Shown: positions 1 through 7,224, counted from the stretch's first letter. The stretch: 8,634 nt of DNA from a virus (IMGVR_UViG_2541047932_000013:1-8634), one strand, 5' to 3'. Notes: generated by a model from the letters alone, not told the origin. Numbers and translations: made by a program.

Positions 1-131
1 TGTGGTACCGAAAGACTTGCTGCCCCCATCTCGCGCCCGAGCGCGCAAAAGAAAACCCGCGCATAGGCGGGCTCCAGAAGCAGCGGTTCATTGAATGCTG
101 CGGCAATAATGTGTGAAAGATTACGTCTCAC
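1..131 (-). CDS. C: Partial gpC-like head protease/scaffold protein; only the N-terminal ~43 codons are inside the window
   Basis: Minus-strand translation from GTG at 129-131 gives (M)RRNLSHIIAAAFNEPLLLEPAYARVFFCALGREMGAASLSVP, matching the recalled lambda gpC N-terminus (LRNLPHIASMAFNEPLMLEPAYARVFFCALAG). GGAG lies about 10 nt upstream. The start overlaps the portal stop by 11 nt and the ORF runs off the window edge. Confidence 0.6.
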   Translation of the reverse strand, partial: MRRNLSHIIAAAFNEPLLLEPAYARVFFCALGREMGAASLSVP

Positions 132-1713
132 GGGGTGTTGTCTCCTCTTCCGGCCTGCGACTCTCCGCTATCTGCTGCTGATACGCCTGCGCTATCCACA
201 CCGGACGTGAGAGTCCGGCTTTTTGCCGCTCAGCAGATTCCCTGACCTGCTGGCGGAAAATGTCCTGATAATCCTCGCCCATCAGCGCCAGCTCTTTCTC
301 ATACGTGCTCAGTCCGGCCTCAATGCGCATCACCGATTCCTGAACCTCCTTGAGCCCGTCAATGGCCATTCTTCCGGCACCAATCCACTCTGCCCGTGAC
401 CAGGCTGATCGCGCCTGATAAAAATCAAAACGCGCCCGTGGCGGACGGATAATCCCCCGAAGAAGTGCCTCTTCCAGCCAGCAGGAAAACATCTGCGTGG
501 CCAGCCGGGCCGCAATAAATTTTCGCCGCCCCATAAAATAGCGCCACGACTCATTGGCAGAGGCCCTGGCACTTGAATAACTGACCTTCGAGTAATCACG
601 GGACAACTGTTCGTAGGAAACGCCAAGACCGGCGGCGATATACCGCAGCAGCGCCTGTTCAAGCGCCGAAAATCCATTGTCTGAATCCTGCGCAGTCTGT
701 AGTTTCAGATCATCCCCGGGGAAAAGGTGCGGAATTTTGACTCCGCCCAGCGTCACGCTATTCGTGTCATACCAGCTGGAGAACTTCTCCAGAATATTAA
801 TAAGCGGATTATCCTTCTGCTCCTGTGGCGCGCCGGCGATATATTCAAAGGCCTTTTCGGTATCAAGTTCACTTTCAATCGTCGCTGCATACATGGCTTT
901 CACAATGGCCGACTGAAGCTGTGTTGCCTGCAGGGAATCCAGCATCTTCAGCCGTTCCATGACGCTGTAAAACTGATTAGCCCCACGGGTCTGCCCGTCC
1001 TCCACCGGCTCGAAAATATGCAGCATGGCCGGACGCCCGGTGGGAAGTTCACGCGGGATCCGTTCCCATCGTCCACTCCCGGAGAACGGAAAATCATCCT
1101 CACAGATATGGTACGCAACGGCACGGCCATATCGATCGACCTCCACCCCGGCCCGCAGAAAACGGTTCCCCATACCGTGTCCTGGCGTGTCCACCCGTTT
1201 CGGACTCACGGCTTTAAAACGCGTACGAAACAGTTGCGTACTCTCCGTATCCCAGACCGGCTGCACAAAGATTTCGCCGTTAAACGCATGAACGCCCACA
1301 CCTTCACGGATAAATTCCGTAAACGTGCGTCTCCCTTCCACGTCGATCTCACCAAACATCCCTTCTGCGTATTCTGACCAGGCCGCCTCCACCTCATCGA
1401 CAAAACTTTTTGCCGCGGTCTCCCGCATCCCCAGCCAGCGCCAGTTCGGACGGTAGCTAATCAGAAACATATGCCCGACAATGTGATCCTTATGCAGGGC
1501 CACCGCATTGGCCGCTATTCCGTTATTGCGCACCAGATCATCTGCACGGGCATTCCCCAGACGCAACGCGGGCAGCAGGGCCGCATCGGCACTCTGCGAG
1601 GGTGGCAACCACTCTGCCATTTGCCCGCCAAATCCTGCACCGCCACCGTTGTAGCTGAGGCTCTCCCGAAGCGGAACGCCGTTCACATCAATCAGGACAG
1701 GCGTTCGTTTCAT
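121..1713 (-). CDS. B: Portal protein (lambda gpB family)
   Basis: 530-aa ORF of lambda gpB-like size (~533 aa) in the conserved order A-W-B-C. Its ATG overlaps the gpW stop in an ATGA arrangement. Confidence 0.88.
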   Translation of the reverse strand: MKRTPVLIDVNGVPLRESLSYNGGGAGFGGQMAEWLPPSQSADAALLPALRLGNARADDLVRNNGIAANAVALHKDHIVGHMFLISYRPNWRWLGMRETAAKSFVDEVEAAWSEYAEGMFGEIDVEGRRTFTEFIREGVGVHAFNGEIFVQPVWDTESTQLFRTRFKAVSPKRVDTPGHGMGNRFLRAGVEVDRYGRAVAYHICEDDFPFSGSGRWERIPRELPTGRPAMLHIFEPVEDGQTRGANQFYSVMERLKMLDSLQATQLQSAIVKAMYAATIESELDTEKAFEYIAGAPQEQKDNPLINILEKFSSWYDTNSVTLGGVKIPHLFPGDDLKLQTAQDSDNGFSALEQALLRYIAAGLGVSYEQLSRDYSKVSYSSARASANESWRYFMGRRKFIAARLATQMFSCWLEEALLRGIIRPPRARFDFYQARSAWSRAEWIGAGRMAIDGLKEVQESVMRIEAGLSTYEKELALMGEDYQDIFRQQVRESAERQKAGLSRPVWIAQAYQQQIAESRRPEEETTPRET

Positions 1714-1916
1714 AACCTCACTCCCAGCGGACGACGGCGACGGCGGGTTGTCCCCAGTACCGACTCCGCATCATTGATCGCCCGGTTAAGCTCATCCAGA
1801 GAAGCCGCCGTATATTCAATTCTGCGACCATCTTTCTGGACAGACACCACCCGTTTACCGGTTAATAAATCAAGGCGCGCCTGACGCAGCGCCTGCAGTT
1901 CAGCGACTGTAACCAT
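1710..1916 (-). CDS. W: Head-tail joining / head completion protein (lambda gpW family)
   Basis: 68-aa ORF MVTVAELQALRQARLDLLTGKRVVSVQKDGRRIEYTAAS... closely resembles recalled lambda gpW (…[26 protein letters not shown]…). Same length and position between terminase large subunit and portal. Confidence 0.85.
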   Translation of the reverse strand: MVTVAELQALRQARLDLLTGKRVVSVQKDGRRIEYTAASLDELNRAINDAESVLGTTRRRRRPLGVRL

Positions 1917-3828
1917 TCACTCCTCCGGACAGCTTCGCTGCCAGTTCTTTAAGGGTTGGCCGGGTCGTCTCTTCTTCCCGGGATTTTGCCAGTACAGCCA
2001 GATCAAGCTGCCAGCGTTGCACGGACACACGTAATGCCGCGTAGGCATACACCAGGCAGTCCAGCGCTTCGTTACGCCGCTTTTTGTTATCCCACAGCAG
2101 ACGCATCTTTCCTTTTTCCCACTTCTCCACAAGCTCTTCCGCCACCAGTTGCTGCGCCTCTGTCTGCGAAAAAATCTCCGGATCATCAGGAAAACGGATG
2201 GCATACGACGTGGCTTCATCCGCAGGCGTGGGATCGGCTTTCATACGGGCATAGAGAATTTCTTTTGCGGTGTCCGTCCCCACTTCGCACAGATACACGC
2301 CCCGCTGATTGCGGGTTTTTGGCATGGTGATCACCGGCTTGCCATAAACAGATGCACCTTTTACCGGCAGCACCCGGAAAACACCGTGTTTTTTTGACCT
2401 CTGATAGACAATTTCGCCATCGATCCCCCCGGTGTCCCAGCAGACACGGGAAATGGTCATTTCGGTTCCGTCTGCATGGCGGTATTTTTTGTTGATCGCC
2501 ACATCCACACGTAACAGCGTCTCTTCCTCATCGGGACGCCCCATAATGATGATTTTATCCACCAGAAAGGCTTCCTCTCCCGGAGCCCATCCCCAGACAT
2601 ACATCTCAAAACGGTTTCGCTGCGAGTCAATGCCCGCCGTCAGATAAACCACCCGGGAAGGCACCGCAGCCGTGTAACGCACAACCTTATCCATCAGCAC
2701 CTGGTGATCGAGTTTTTCGCCCACGGCCTCTTCCCAGGTCTCGCCCAGCGTGGTGTTCACAAAGGTTTTCAGGCCGTTGGGATCTTTCAGTGCATCCAGC
2801 CAGTCATAGACAATCTGTACCCAGGTGGTGAACGGACTGTACGCCGTCCAGATATGGAATGTGATGGAGCGCGGCGGCGGAATTTCATTATCCGCGGCGC
2901 TGAAAAACGTCAGACCGTCGCGGGTCCACATGCCCGTGTTTTCGCAGATCCACCGCCCGTTGCTCTGGTCAAGCTCAGACTGATGGATCACGCAGCCATG
3001 ATGTTCACAGAGGTAGAAAACGCTTTCGGGGCTGTCCTTCTCCCATTTAAGGCCAAAAGGCGTGGACTCATCGCCAAATTTCAGATACTGCGCCTCCCCA
3101 CAGTGCGGGCAGGACACATAAAAACGCATGAAATGCGCCGACTCGTTGGCCGCTTTTTCGATCTGGCAGGAGCCTTTTATTTTAGGCGTCGAGCCGCGAA
3201 TGGATTTTGGCCATACCGAGCCCTCAATACGCTTATCCCCCAGCAGGGTTGGCGAGCCCTCTTTTTCGACATCCGGCTCGAACGAGGAAAGTTCGTCATA
3301 GCAGACCACGTCCACGGATTTTTCACGGTAGTTTTTTGCTGCCGCACCACCCAGGCACCAGAAGCCCACCCCCGATGAAAAGCGTTTCAGCGTGAGAGTA
3401 TTGTCACGATGTTTACGACCCAGCCACGGGGAAAGGTCTTTCAGGCATGGCACGTCCCGAATCGTCGCCTCCACGTGAGACTTCATAAAATCTTCAGCGG
3501 CAGAATCCGTGGGCTGAAAAAGCAGACTGTTTCGGGATTTATGCTCAATAAAATACCCGGCGACTCCCAGCAACATCTTTGTATAGCCAACACGGGCAGA
3601 TTTAATCAGATTAACAGTGCGGATCTGATCATTCCCCATACTGTTCATGATGGCGATCTGGAACGGCAGCGTTTTCCATTCGCCGTCACCGTATGAGGAT
3701 TCTTTAGGCAGATAATAATACTGGTCAGCCCATTCAACTGCCGTCATCGGTACAACCCTGACCAGAGGCTGCAGCGCAACCGAAACGGCGGCCACCATAT
3801 TATTCAGTTGTTGCTCTGATATATTCAT
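1900..3828 (-). CDS. A: Terminase large subunit (lambda gpA family)
   Basis: Strong similarity along the whole length to recalled lambda gpA (TAVEWADQYYYLPKES…, KRFSSGVGFWCLGGAAAKNYREKSVD, WTAYSPFTTWVQIV, RNEALDCLVYAYAALR). The six-frame ORF extends to 3885, but the homologous start is the internal ATG at 3826-3828 (MNISEQQ… versus lambda MNISNSQ…). Confidence 0.9.
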   Translation of the reverse strand: MNISEQQLNNMVAAVSVALQPLVRVVPMTAVEWADQYYYLPKESSYGDGEWKTLPFQIAIMNSMGNDQIRTVNLIKSARVGYTKMLLGVAGYFIEHKSRNSLLFQPTDSAAEDFMKSHVEATIRDVPCLKDLSPWLGRKHRDNTLTLKRFSSGVGFWCLGGAAAKNYREKSVDVVCYDELSSFEPDVEKEGSPTLLGDKRIEGSVWPKSIRGSTPKIKGSCQIEKAANESAHFMRFYVSCPHCGEAQYLKFGDESTPFGLKWEKDSPESVFYLCEHHGCVIHQSELDQSNGRWICENTGMWTRDGLTFFSAADNEIPPPRSITFHIWTAYSPFTTWVQIVYDWLDALKDPNGLKTFVNTTLGETWEEAVGEKLDHQVLMDKVVRYTAAVPSRVVYLTAGIDSQRNRFEMYVWGWAPGEEAFLVDKIIIMGRPDEEETLLRVDVAINKKYRHADGTEMTISRVCWDTGGIDGEIVYQRSKKHGVFRVLPVKGASVYGKPVITMPKTRNQRGVYLCEVGTDTAKEILYARMKADPTPADEATSYAIRFPDDPEIFSQTEAQQLVAEELVEKWEKGKMRLLWDNKKRRNEALDCLVYAYAALRVSVQRWQLDLAVLAKSREEETTRPTLKELAAKLSGGVNGYSR

Positions 3829-4309
3829 CGAGTAAATCCGGTAATTTATCCCCTGCCCGCGCACACTGATTTGCCCCCTTCGCAATAAGGGTTTTCAGAT
3901 GGTCAAGATGGCGCGGTGTTAAATCAGGAAACTGTCGCTGCATGGATAAAGGGATGGAATCAAGCGTACTGGATAACGCCATTGCCAGCTTACTGAGGGC
4001 AAAAATACAGAACCCGGTGTCAATAAGTTTTCCTTTTGACACCTCATTTTTTAACTGCTGTGTAACAGCCTGTTCTGCTGTCAGTTCCCATCTGGCAATA
4101 AGCAATTTCTCCTCATAGTCGTCTTCGCTATCGCCATCAGGCACATCGTTTTTACTTCTCCTCAGATACGATATGTAAAAATCGCGCCAGGCATCCAGAT
4201 CCAGTTGCCCTCGCTTATTCGATATCGGGGCACCCGGTAATTTCTGCAATCTGCGAAGCTGGCGATCGGTCAGACTTAAATGCCTGGCAACTTCAGTCTG
4301 CGTAGCCAC
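3800..4309 (-). CDS. nu1: Terminase small subunit, Nu1-like, with a divergent N-terminal DNA-binding domain
   Basis: C-terminal half (DTGFCIFALSKLAMALSSTLDSIPLSMQRQFPDLTPRHLDHLK…LPDLLDEYI) matches the recalled lambda Nu1 gpA-interaction region. The N-terminal ~90 aa (MATQTEVARHLSLTDRQLRRLQ…) is HTH-like but not lambda-like. GTG start with GAGGTGAGGA immediately upstream; the 3' end overlaps the A start. Confidence 0.8.
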   Translation of the reverse strand: MATQTEVARHLSLTDRQLRRLQKLPGAPISNKRGQLDLDAWRDFYISYLRRSKNDVPDGDSEDDYEEKLLIARWELTAEQAVTQQLKNEVSKGKLIDTGFCIFALSKLAMALSSTLDSIPLSMQRQFPDLTPRHLDHLKTLIAKGANQCARAGDKLPDLLDEYIRATTE

Positions 4310-4346
4310 TCCTCACCTCGCAAAAACTCTCACCTCACAATCACAA

Positions 4347-4455
4347 CAAAACCGGTCATGTCCGGTTTACATGTCTGTTTTTTGTTCATGTCCGGTTCAC
4401 AGAAGACCTGTTTTTATATTTTTCATATAGTTAACTTGAAGAGAAACCGGACATG
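4347..4455. promoter_or_regulatory. cosB-like terminase binding region with three copies of a CATGTCCGGTT(y)AC element
   Basis: Seen directly: catgtccggtttac at 4347-4360, catgtccggttcac at 4387-4400, and the inverted copy aaccggacatg at 4445-4455. An AT-rich spacer (4401-4444) separates the second and third copies. The block lies between cosN and the nu1 start, as lambda R1/R2/R3 and I1 do. Confidence 0.6.
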
Positions 4456-4492
4456 GATCCCGGAAAATTTTCATAAATAGCGAAAACCCGCG

Positions 4493-4504
4493 AGGTCGCC
4501 GCCC
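4493..4504. other. cosN, the 12-nt cohesive-end sequence (reverse complement of GGGCGGCGACCT)
   Basis: Plus strand 4461-4504 is the exact reverse complement of the first 44 nt of the lambda left end as recalled (GGGCGGCGACCTCGCGGGTTTTCGCTATTTATGAAAATTTTCCG). The flanking 4505-4560 resembles the lambda right end (…CCGTAACC.GTCGGATC.CCGGAAAGGACC…). Confidence 0.85.
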
Positions 4505-4710
4505 CGTAACCGGTCGGATCGCCGGAAAGGACCCACGAAATGATAATGATTATCATCTATATAAGGTTTATCACAACATGTGTGTACGCCATCAAACCAC
4601 GAGAAATAATCAATTATGACGCAGGTATCGTATTAATTGATCTGCGTCAAATTAACGTAAAAGCAACTTCAGATAATACAAATCAGCAACACTGAATATG
4701 GGGAAACATT

Positions 4711-4896
4711 ATGTCATCAAAGAACAGAACCCGCAGAACAACAACCCGCAACATCCGATTTCCAAACCAGATGATTGAACAAATTAACATCGCTCTTGAT
4801 CTGAAAGGTTCAGGAAACTTTTCAGCGTGGGTTATTGAAGCCTGCAGAAGAAGGCTGTCAACAGAGAGTTCGGGTATGAATTACATAATTAAGTAA
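4711..4896 (+). CDS. Small basic protein, possibly a ribbon-helix-helix DNA-binding protein, of the kind found next to cos in lambdoid prophages (YlcI/DUF3950-like by recollection)
   Basis: 61-aa ORF MSSKNRTRRTTTRNIRFPNQMIEQINIALDLKGSGNFSAWVIEACRRRL…: basic N-terminus followed by a strand-helix-helix-like pattern. Transcribed opposite to the late operon. GGGGAAACATT lies upstream of the ATG. Confidence 0.55.
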   Translation: MSSKNRTRRTTTRNIRFPNQMIEQINIALDLKGSGNFSAWVIEACRRRLSTESSGMNYIIK

Positions 4897-5028
4897 CATG
4901 GTGTTCACAGAACACGCAGTTACCGGACACATCAGTTTTCCATTCGCTCCCCGGCAGTACAGGCTTCCCCTCTGACGGGATAGCCTGAAAAAATAACACA
5001 GAAAATTATTTGTTATAATTAATATAAC

Positions 5029-5169
5029 TTACTCAAAAAAAAGCGACGAGAAAATCAGCATCAACGAACAATAAGCGCCAATACGTGATAACAAATGGCA
5101 GCCATATTTATCTGCAGTATAAGCAATGGACAGGATAACCACACCAGAAACCGTCAGCATAAAATCCAT
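5029..5169 (-). CDS. Candidate 46-aa hydrophobic small protein (below the ORF-track length cutoff)
   Basis: Hand translation of the minus strand: MDFMLTVSGVVILSIAYTADKYGCHLLSRIGAYCSLMLIFSSLFFE, stop at 5029-5031. GGGGAAG lies 6 nt upstream of the ATG at 5167-5169. It sits in an AT-rich region where lambda carries bor. Confidence 0.3.
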   Translation of the reverse strand: MDFMLTVSGVVILSIAYTADKYGCHLLSRIGAYCSLMLIFSSLFFE

Positions 5170-5519
5170 TTGAACTTCCCCGGACAAAATCGACTCATCT
5201 AAAGATTTACAGCTCTTTTTATTATCAATATGTTAAAAGTAAAATAAACAGATGTTCAATAACACGAATACAAAAACGTGCTGAAATTCAATGAATCCAT
5301 TTCTGTGTCATCAATTAATAGTGATAAACATCCGGCTTCTTCCACCATCGCACCGGACAGGCGACTATGAGGGAACAACGCCGCGCTCCGTTAACGCGGT
5401 AAACCCCGGTGTGTATCGTTTTTGATTATCCCCGCACACTCGCGCAGAGGAGTCTCCCTGTCGGGCTGCGGTCTCTGTTAATGAGGGAATACAGCGACGA
5501 TACGGCGCATCAACAAAAC

Positions 5520-5987
5520 TTATTTCAGGCACTGAGTGCGGATATAGTCCTGTGCCCCTTCCAGTTGCTTGTGCATCGTCATCAGCCGCTCTCTGAGGGT
5601 GAAATAATCCCGTGTAACGGTGTCTGCCAGTTGGGGGCCGGTTGCATTATCCACGCCGGAGGTGGTGGGGGCTTCACGCACGGAGCCTGGACAGGTGGCG
5701 TTGATCCGCAGGCGCTTACGACCAGCGGCAACGTCAGCGCGAAGAGTTTCATTTTCAGCTCTCGCATCGGCTAATTCCTTCGTGTATCTGGCATCAAGCG
5801 CAGCGACATCTCGCTGGCGCTGCTGCATGTCAGTAATAGTGGCATTCGCCAGTTTCAGCTCACTGACTTTTTTATCGCGCTGCGCTTTGTAGGTGATGGC
5901 GTTATCGCGGTAATGATTCAGCCCCAGACTAAGCACACCACAGGCTACCAGCAGGACAATAATCACCACACACAGAACACGGTTCAT
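5520..5987 (-). CDS. Rz: Rz i-spanin (inner-membrane spanin subunit)
   Basis: Very close to recalled lambda Rz ([16 protein letters not shown]…[33 protein letters not shown]…[17 protein letters not shown]). The real start is most likely the internal ATG at 5985-5987 ([13 protein letters not shown]…, N-terminal TMD); the six-frame ORF's extension to 6071 is probably not translated. Confidence 0.9.
   Translation of the reverse strand: MNRVLCVVIIVLLVACGVLSLGLNHYRDNAITYKAQRDKKVSELKLANATITDMQQRQRDVAALDARYTKELADARAENETLRADVAAGRKRLRINATCPGSVREAPTTSGVDNATGPQLADTVTRDYFTLRERLMTMHKQLEGAQDYIRTQCLK
5582..5767 (-). CDS. Rz1: Rz1 o-spanin (outer-membrane lipoprotein spanin subunit), embedded in Rz in the +1 frame
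   Basis: [61 protein letters not shown] matches recalled lambda Rz1 (…LPLVVVGC…[30 protein letters not shown]…). Lipobox VSAC and a proline-rich tract are present; the gene is fully nested in Rz. Confidence 0.88.
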   Translation of the reverse strand: MRELKMKLFALTLPLVVSACGSTPPVQAPCVKPPPPPAWIMQPAPNWQTPLHGIISPSESG

Positions 5988-6086
5988 ATCACCACCAACG
6001 GATTGCCCAGACCAGAACAGCAATGGCCACAATACGAATGGCAAATGCCATTGCCCGAATAAGTTCAGCACTCATCTTTTTAAAGT

Positions 6087-6200
6087 TCACGATTTCAGCG
6101 CAATGACCAGTTTTGCCAGCCCATACAGCATCGGAGACACAGCAATACCAACAGCCACCCACTTAATAGCAAAAGCCAGCGCTCTGCTGATGTCATCAGT
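6087..6200. repeat. Direct repeat, copy 1 (~114 bp, ~94% identical to 6352-6465)
   Basis: Hand alignment: 7 mismatches in 114 nt against the copy 265 bp downstream. The flanks differ on both sides. Confidence 0.9.
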
Positions 6201-6209
6201 CACTGTCAC
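6087..6209 (-). CDS. Candidate 40-aa membrane peptide, a paralog of the 6352..6534 ORF; no ATG, putative GTG start coupled to the upstream stop
   Basis: The minus frame encodes (M)TVTDDISRALAFAIKWVAVGIAVSPMLYGLAKLVIALKS. It differs from the downstream copy by one I/V substitution despite 7 nucleotide differences. GTG at 6207-6209 overlaps the TGA of the preceding ORF (GTGA). Confidence 0.3.
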   Translation of the reverse strand: MTVTDDISRALAFAIKWVAVGIAVSPMLYGLAKLVIALKS

Positions 6210-6337
6210 CCCAGCAGCCCCGACGAAGACAACATCATCCAGGCCATGGAAAGAAAAAGAGCAACCAGCATTAGTGAAAATGAAATGCCGACAATTACAC
6301 AGAGGATCTTCGCCAGCGTTATGAGTTTGTCTGACAT
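6206..6337 (-). CDS. Candidate 43-aa hydrophobic membrane peptide
   Basis: MSDKLITLAKILCVIVGISFSLMLVALFLSMAWMMLSSSGLLG, with a strong SD (GGGAGGA) 6 nt upstream of the ATG at 6335-6337. It begins 14 nt after the stop of the upstream small ORF. The six-frame ORF 6206..6427 has an unlikely N-terminal extension. Confidence 0.4.
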   Translation of the reverse strand: MSDKLITLAKILCVIVGISFSLMLVALFLSMAWMMLSSSGLLG

Positions 6338-6351
6338 GCTTAATCCTCCCT

Positions 6352-6465
6352 TCACGATTTCAACGCAATGACCAGTTTTGCCAGCCCATACAGCATCGGG
6401 GACACAGCAACACCGACCGCCACCCACTTAATGGCAAAAGCCAGTGCTCTGCTGATGTCATCAGT
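6352..6465. repeat. Direct repeat, copy 2
   Basis: See copy 1. Confidence 0.9.
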
Positions 6466-6534
6466 TACAGGCGCTTTCAGTTCAAGGCCATTTTTCATAG
6501 TCAACCTCAACAGAATTCGTTTATACTTCGCCAT
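6352..6534 (-). CDS. Candidate small membrane peptide (60 aa from the ATG at 6532-6534, or 48 aa from the ATG at 6496-6498)
   Basis: …MKNGLELKAPVTDDISRALAFAIKWVAVGVAVSPMLYGLAKLVIALKS. GAGG lies 6 nt upstream of the 6498 start and GGGAG 3 nt upstream of the 6534 start. The C-terminal 38 codons are duplicated at 6087-6200. Confidence 0.4.
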   Translation of the reverse strand: MAKYKRILLRLTMKNGLELKAPVTDDISRALAFAIKWVAVGVAVSPMLYGLAKLVIALKS

Positions 6535-6567
6535 GTTCTCCCTTGCCTTACTCAAGGTCAGAAACAC

Positions 6568-6600
6568 AAAACCCCGCTTGGTGCCAATAAACGGGGTTTT
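6568..6600. terminator. Bidirectional intrinsic-terminator-like hairpin between the endolysin and the small-peptide ORFs
   Basis: AAAACCCCG (6568-6576), a 15-nt loop, then CGGGGTTTT (6592-6600): a 9-bp GC-rich stem. T-rich sequence follows on the plus strand (TTACTTTTATT) and on the minus strand (TTTTGTGTTTCTG). Confidence 0.5.
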
Positions 6601-6690
6601 TACTTTTATTCACTTACGTTTCGCCAGTTCGCAGGATTTCATGTTATCCGCCCGCGTGGCCATGCCTTATTTTTCAGCAAAATATTCTGC

Positions 6691-7224
6691 TTATCTGTCG
6701 ATACCCCAGCACGCCAGCGCGCTCTCCTGGTCACGACGGGATACCTGACCGTAGCAGTTGTTTGAACGAATACGGCAGTCTCTGCCACCGTCCTTAATCC
6801 ACCAGCGAATCGCCTCACATGCTCCCCTGCGATCACCAGCATTAATTCGTCTGTAAAACGTCGACGGGAAACACTTACCGGGACCAATGTTGTACGGACA
6901 GAATGACGCGATCCCCGCTTTCTGGGGTTCGGTCAATGGCACTTTGATGTTTTTCTCCACCCATGCCAGCGCCTTATCACGTTCGATGGCGTTAACCTGG
7001 TCGCATTTCTCCTTCGACAACTTCATGCCCGGGACGACAGGTTTACCATCCACCAGAATGGCACCGCGACAGATGGTCCAGATACCCGCGCCATCACGGT
7101 ATGCCGTGGTGTGGTTACCTTCCTTTTCATCCAGAAACTGGTCGAGAATGTCAGGCGCAGGCGCACCAGCGGCAATCAGCGCCAGAACGGCAGCCGACAG
7201 GCCGTATTTGATTTTGGTGTTCAT
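6691..7224 (-). CDS. R: Endolysin, T4-lysozyme-type (GH24), with an N-terminal signal-anchor-release-like hydrophobic segment
   Basis: 177-aa ORF. N-terminal KYGLSAAVLALIAAGAPA hydrophobic stretch, followed by a lysozyme catalytic E…D…T spacing (EKEGNHTTAYRDGAGIWT). It is partnered with an S21-type pinholin. Confidence 0.85.
   Translation of the reverse strand: MNTKIKYGLSAAVLALIAAGAPAPDILDQFLDEKEGNHTTAYRDGAGIWTICRGAILVDGKPVVPGMKLSKEKCDQVNAIERDKALAWVEKNIKVPLTEPQKAGIASFCPYNIGPGKCFPSTFYRRINAGDRRGACEAIRWWIKDGGRDCRIRSNNCYGQVSRRDQESALACWGIDR

Noticed and set aside
330-677. Minus-strand ORFs overlapping portal, gpW and terminase in alternative frames (330..677, 948..1130, 1206..1403, 1917..2219)
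   Set aside because: They are nested in alternative frames of the longer, homology-supported genes and are most likely not translated.
727-1377. 216-aa plus-strand ORF, along with other plus-strand ORFs at 677..916, 1025..1291, 1471..1884, 1956..2330, 2149..2397, 2432..2647, 2704..3378, 3207..3395 and 3409..3696
   Set aside because: All lie antisense to the well-supported portal and terminase genes. The translations are Arg/Pro/Ser-rich and typical of shadow frames of GC-rich coding sequence; none has a convincing RBS or a recognisable family.
3829-3885. N-terminal extension of the terminase large-subunit ORF (MRRGQISVRGQGINYRIYS)
   Set aside because: The homologous lambda gpA start (MNIS…) corresponds to the internal ATG at 3826-3828. 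The extension overlaps the end of nu1 and is probably not translated.
4401-4444. IHF site (I1 equivalent) in the AT-rich cosB spacer
   Set aside because: The position is right, but I could not find a clean WATCAANNNNTTR match on either strand (the best is TTCAAGTTAACTA), so it is not reported as a feature.
5409-5892. Plus-strand ORFs 5409..5774 and 5620..5892 overlapping Rz/Rz1
   Set aside because: They are antisense to the strongly supported Rz/Rz1 pair, with no family resemblance.
5988-6071. N-terminal extension of the Rz ORF ([28 protein letters not shown])
   Set aside because: Lambda Rz homology begins at the internal Met (MNRVLCVV…), which is preceded by GGTGGTGAT. The extension probably reflects the six-frame ORF caller, although a longer isoform cannot be excluded.
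6103-6748. Plus-strand ORFs 6103..6324 and 6368..6748 sharing the N-terminus MTSFASPYSIGDTA…
   Set aside because: They are the antisense reading of the duplicated segment. They lack an SD, the second runs antisense through the terminator hairpin and the endolysin 3' end, and the minus-strand frame has the better synonymous-substitution pattern and strong RBSs. Not fully excluded; see the findings.
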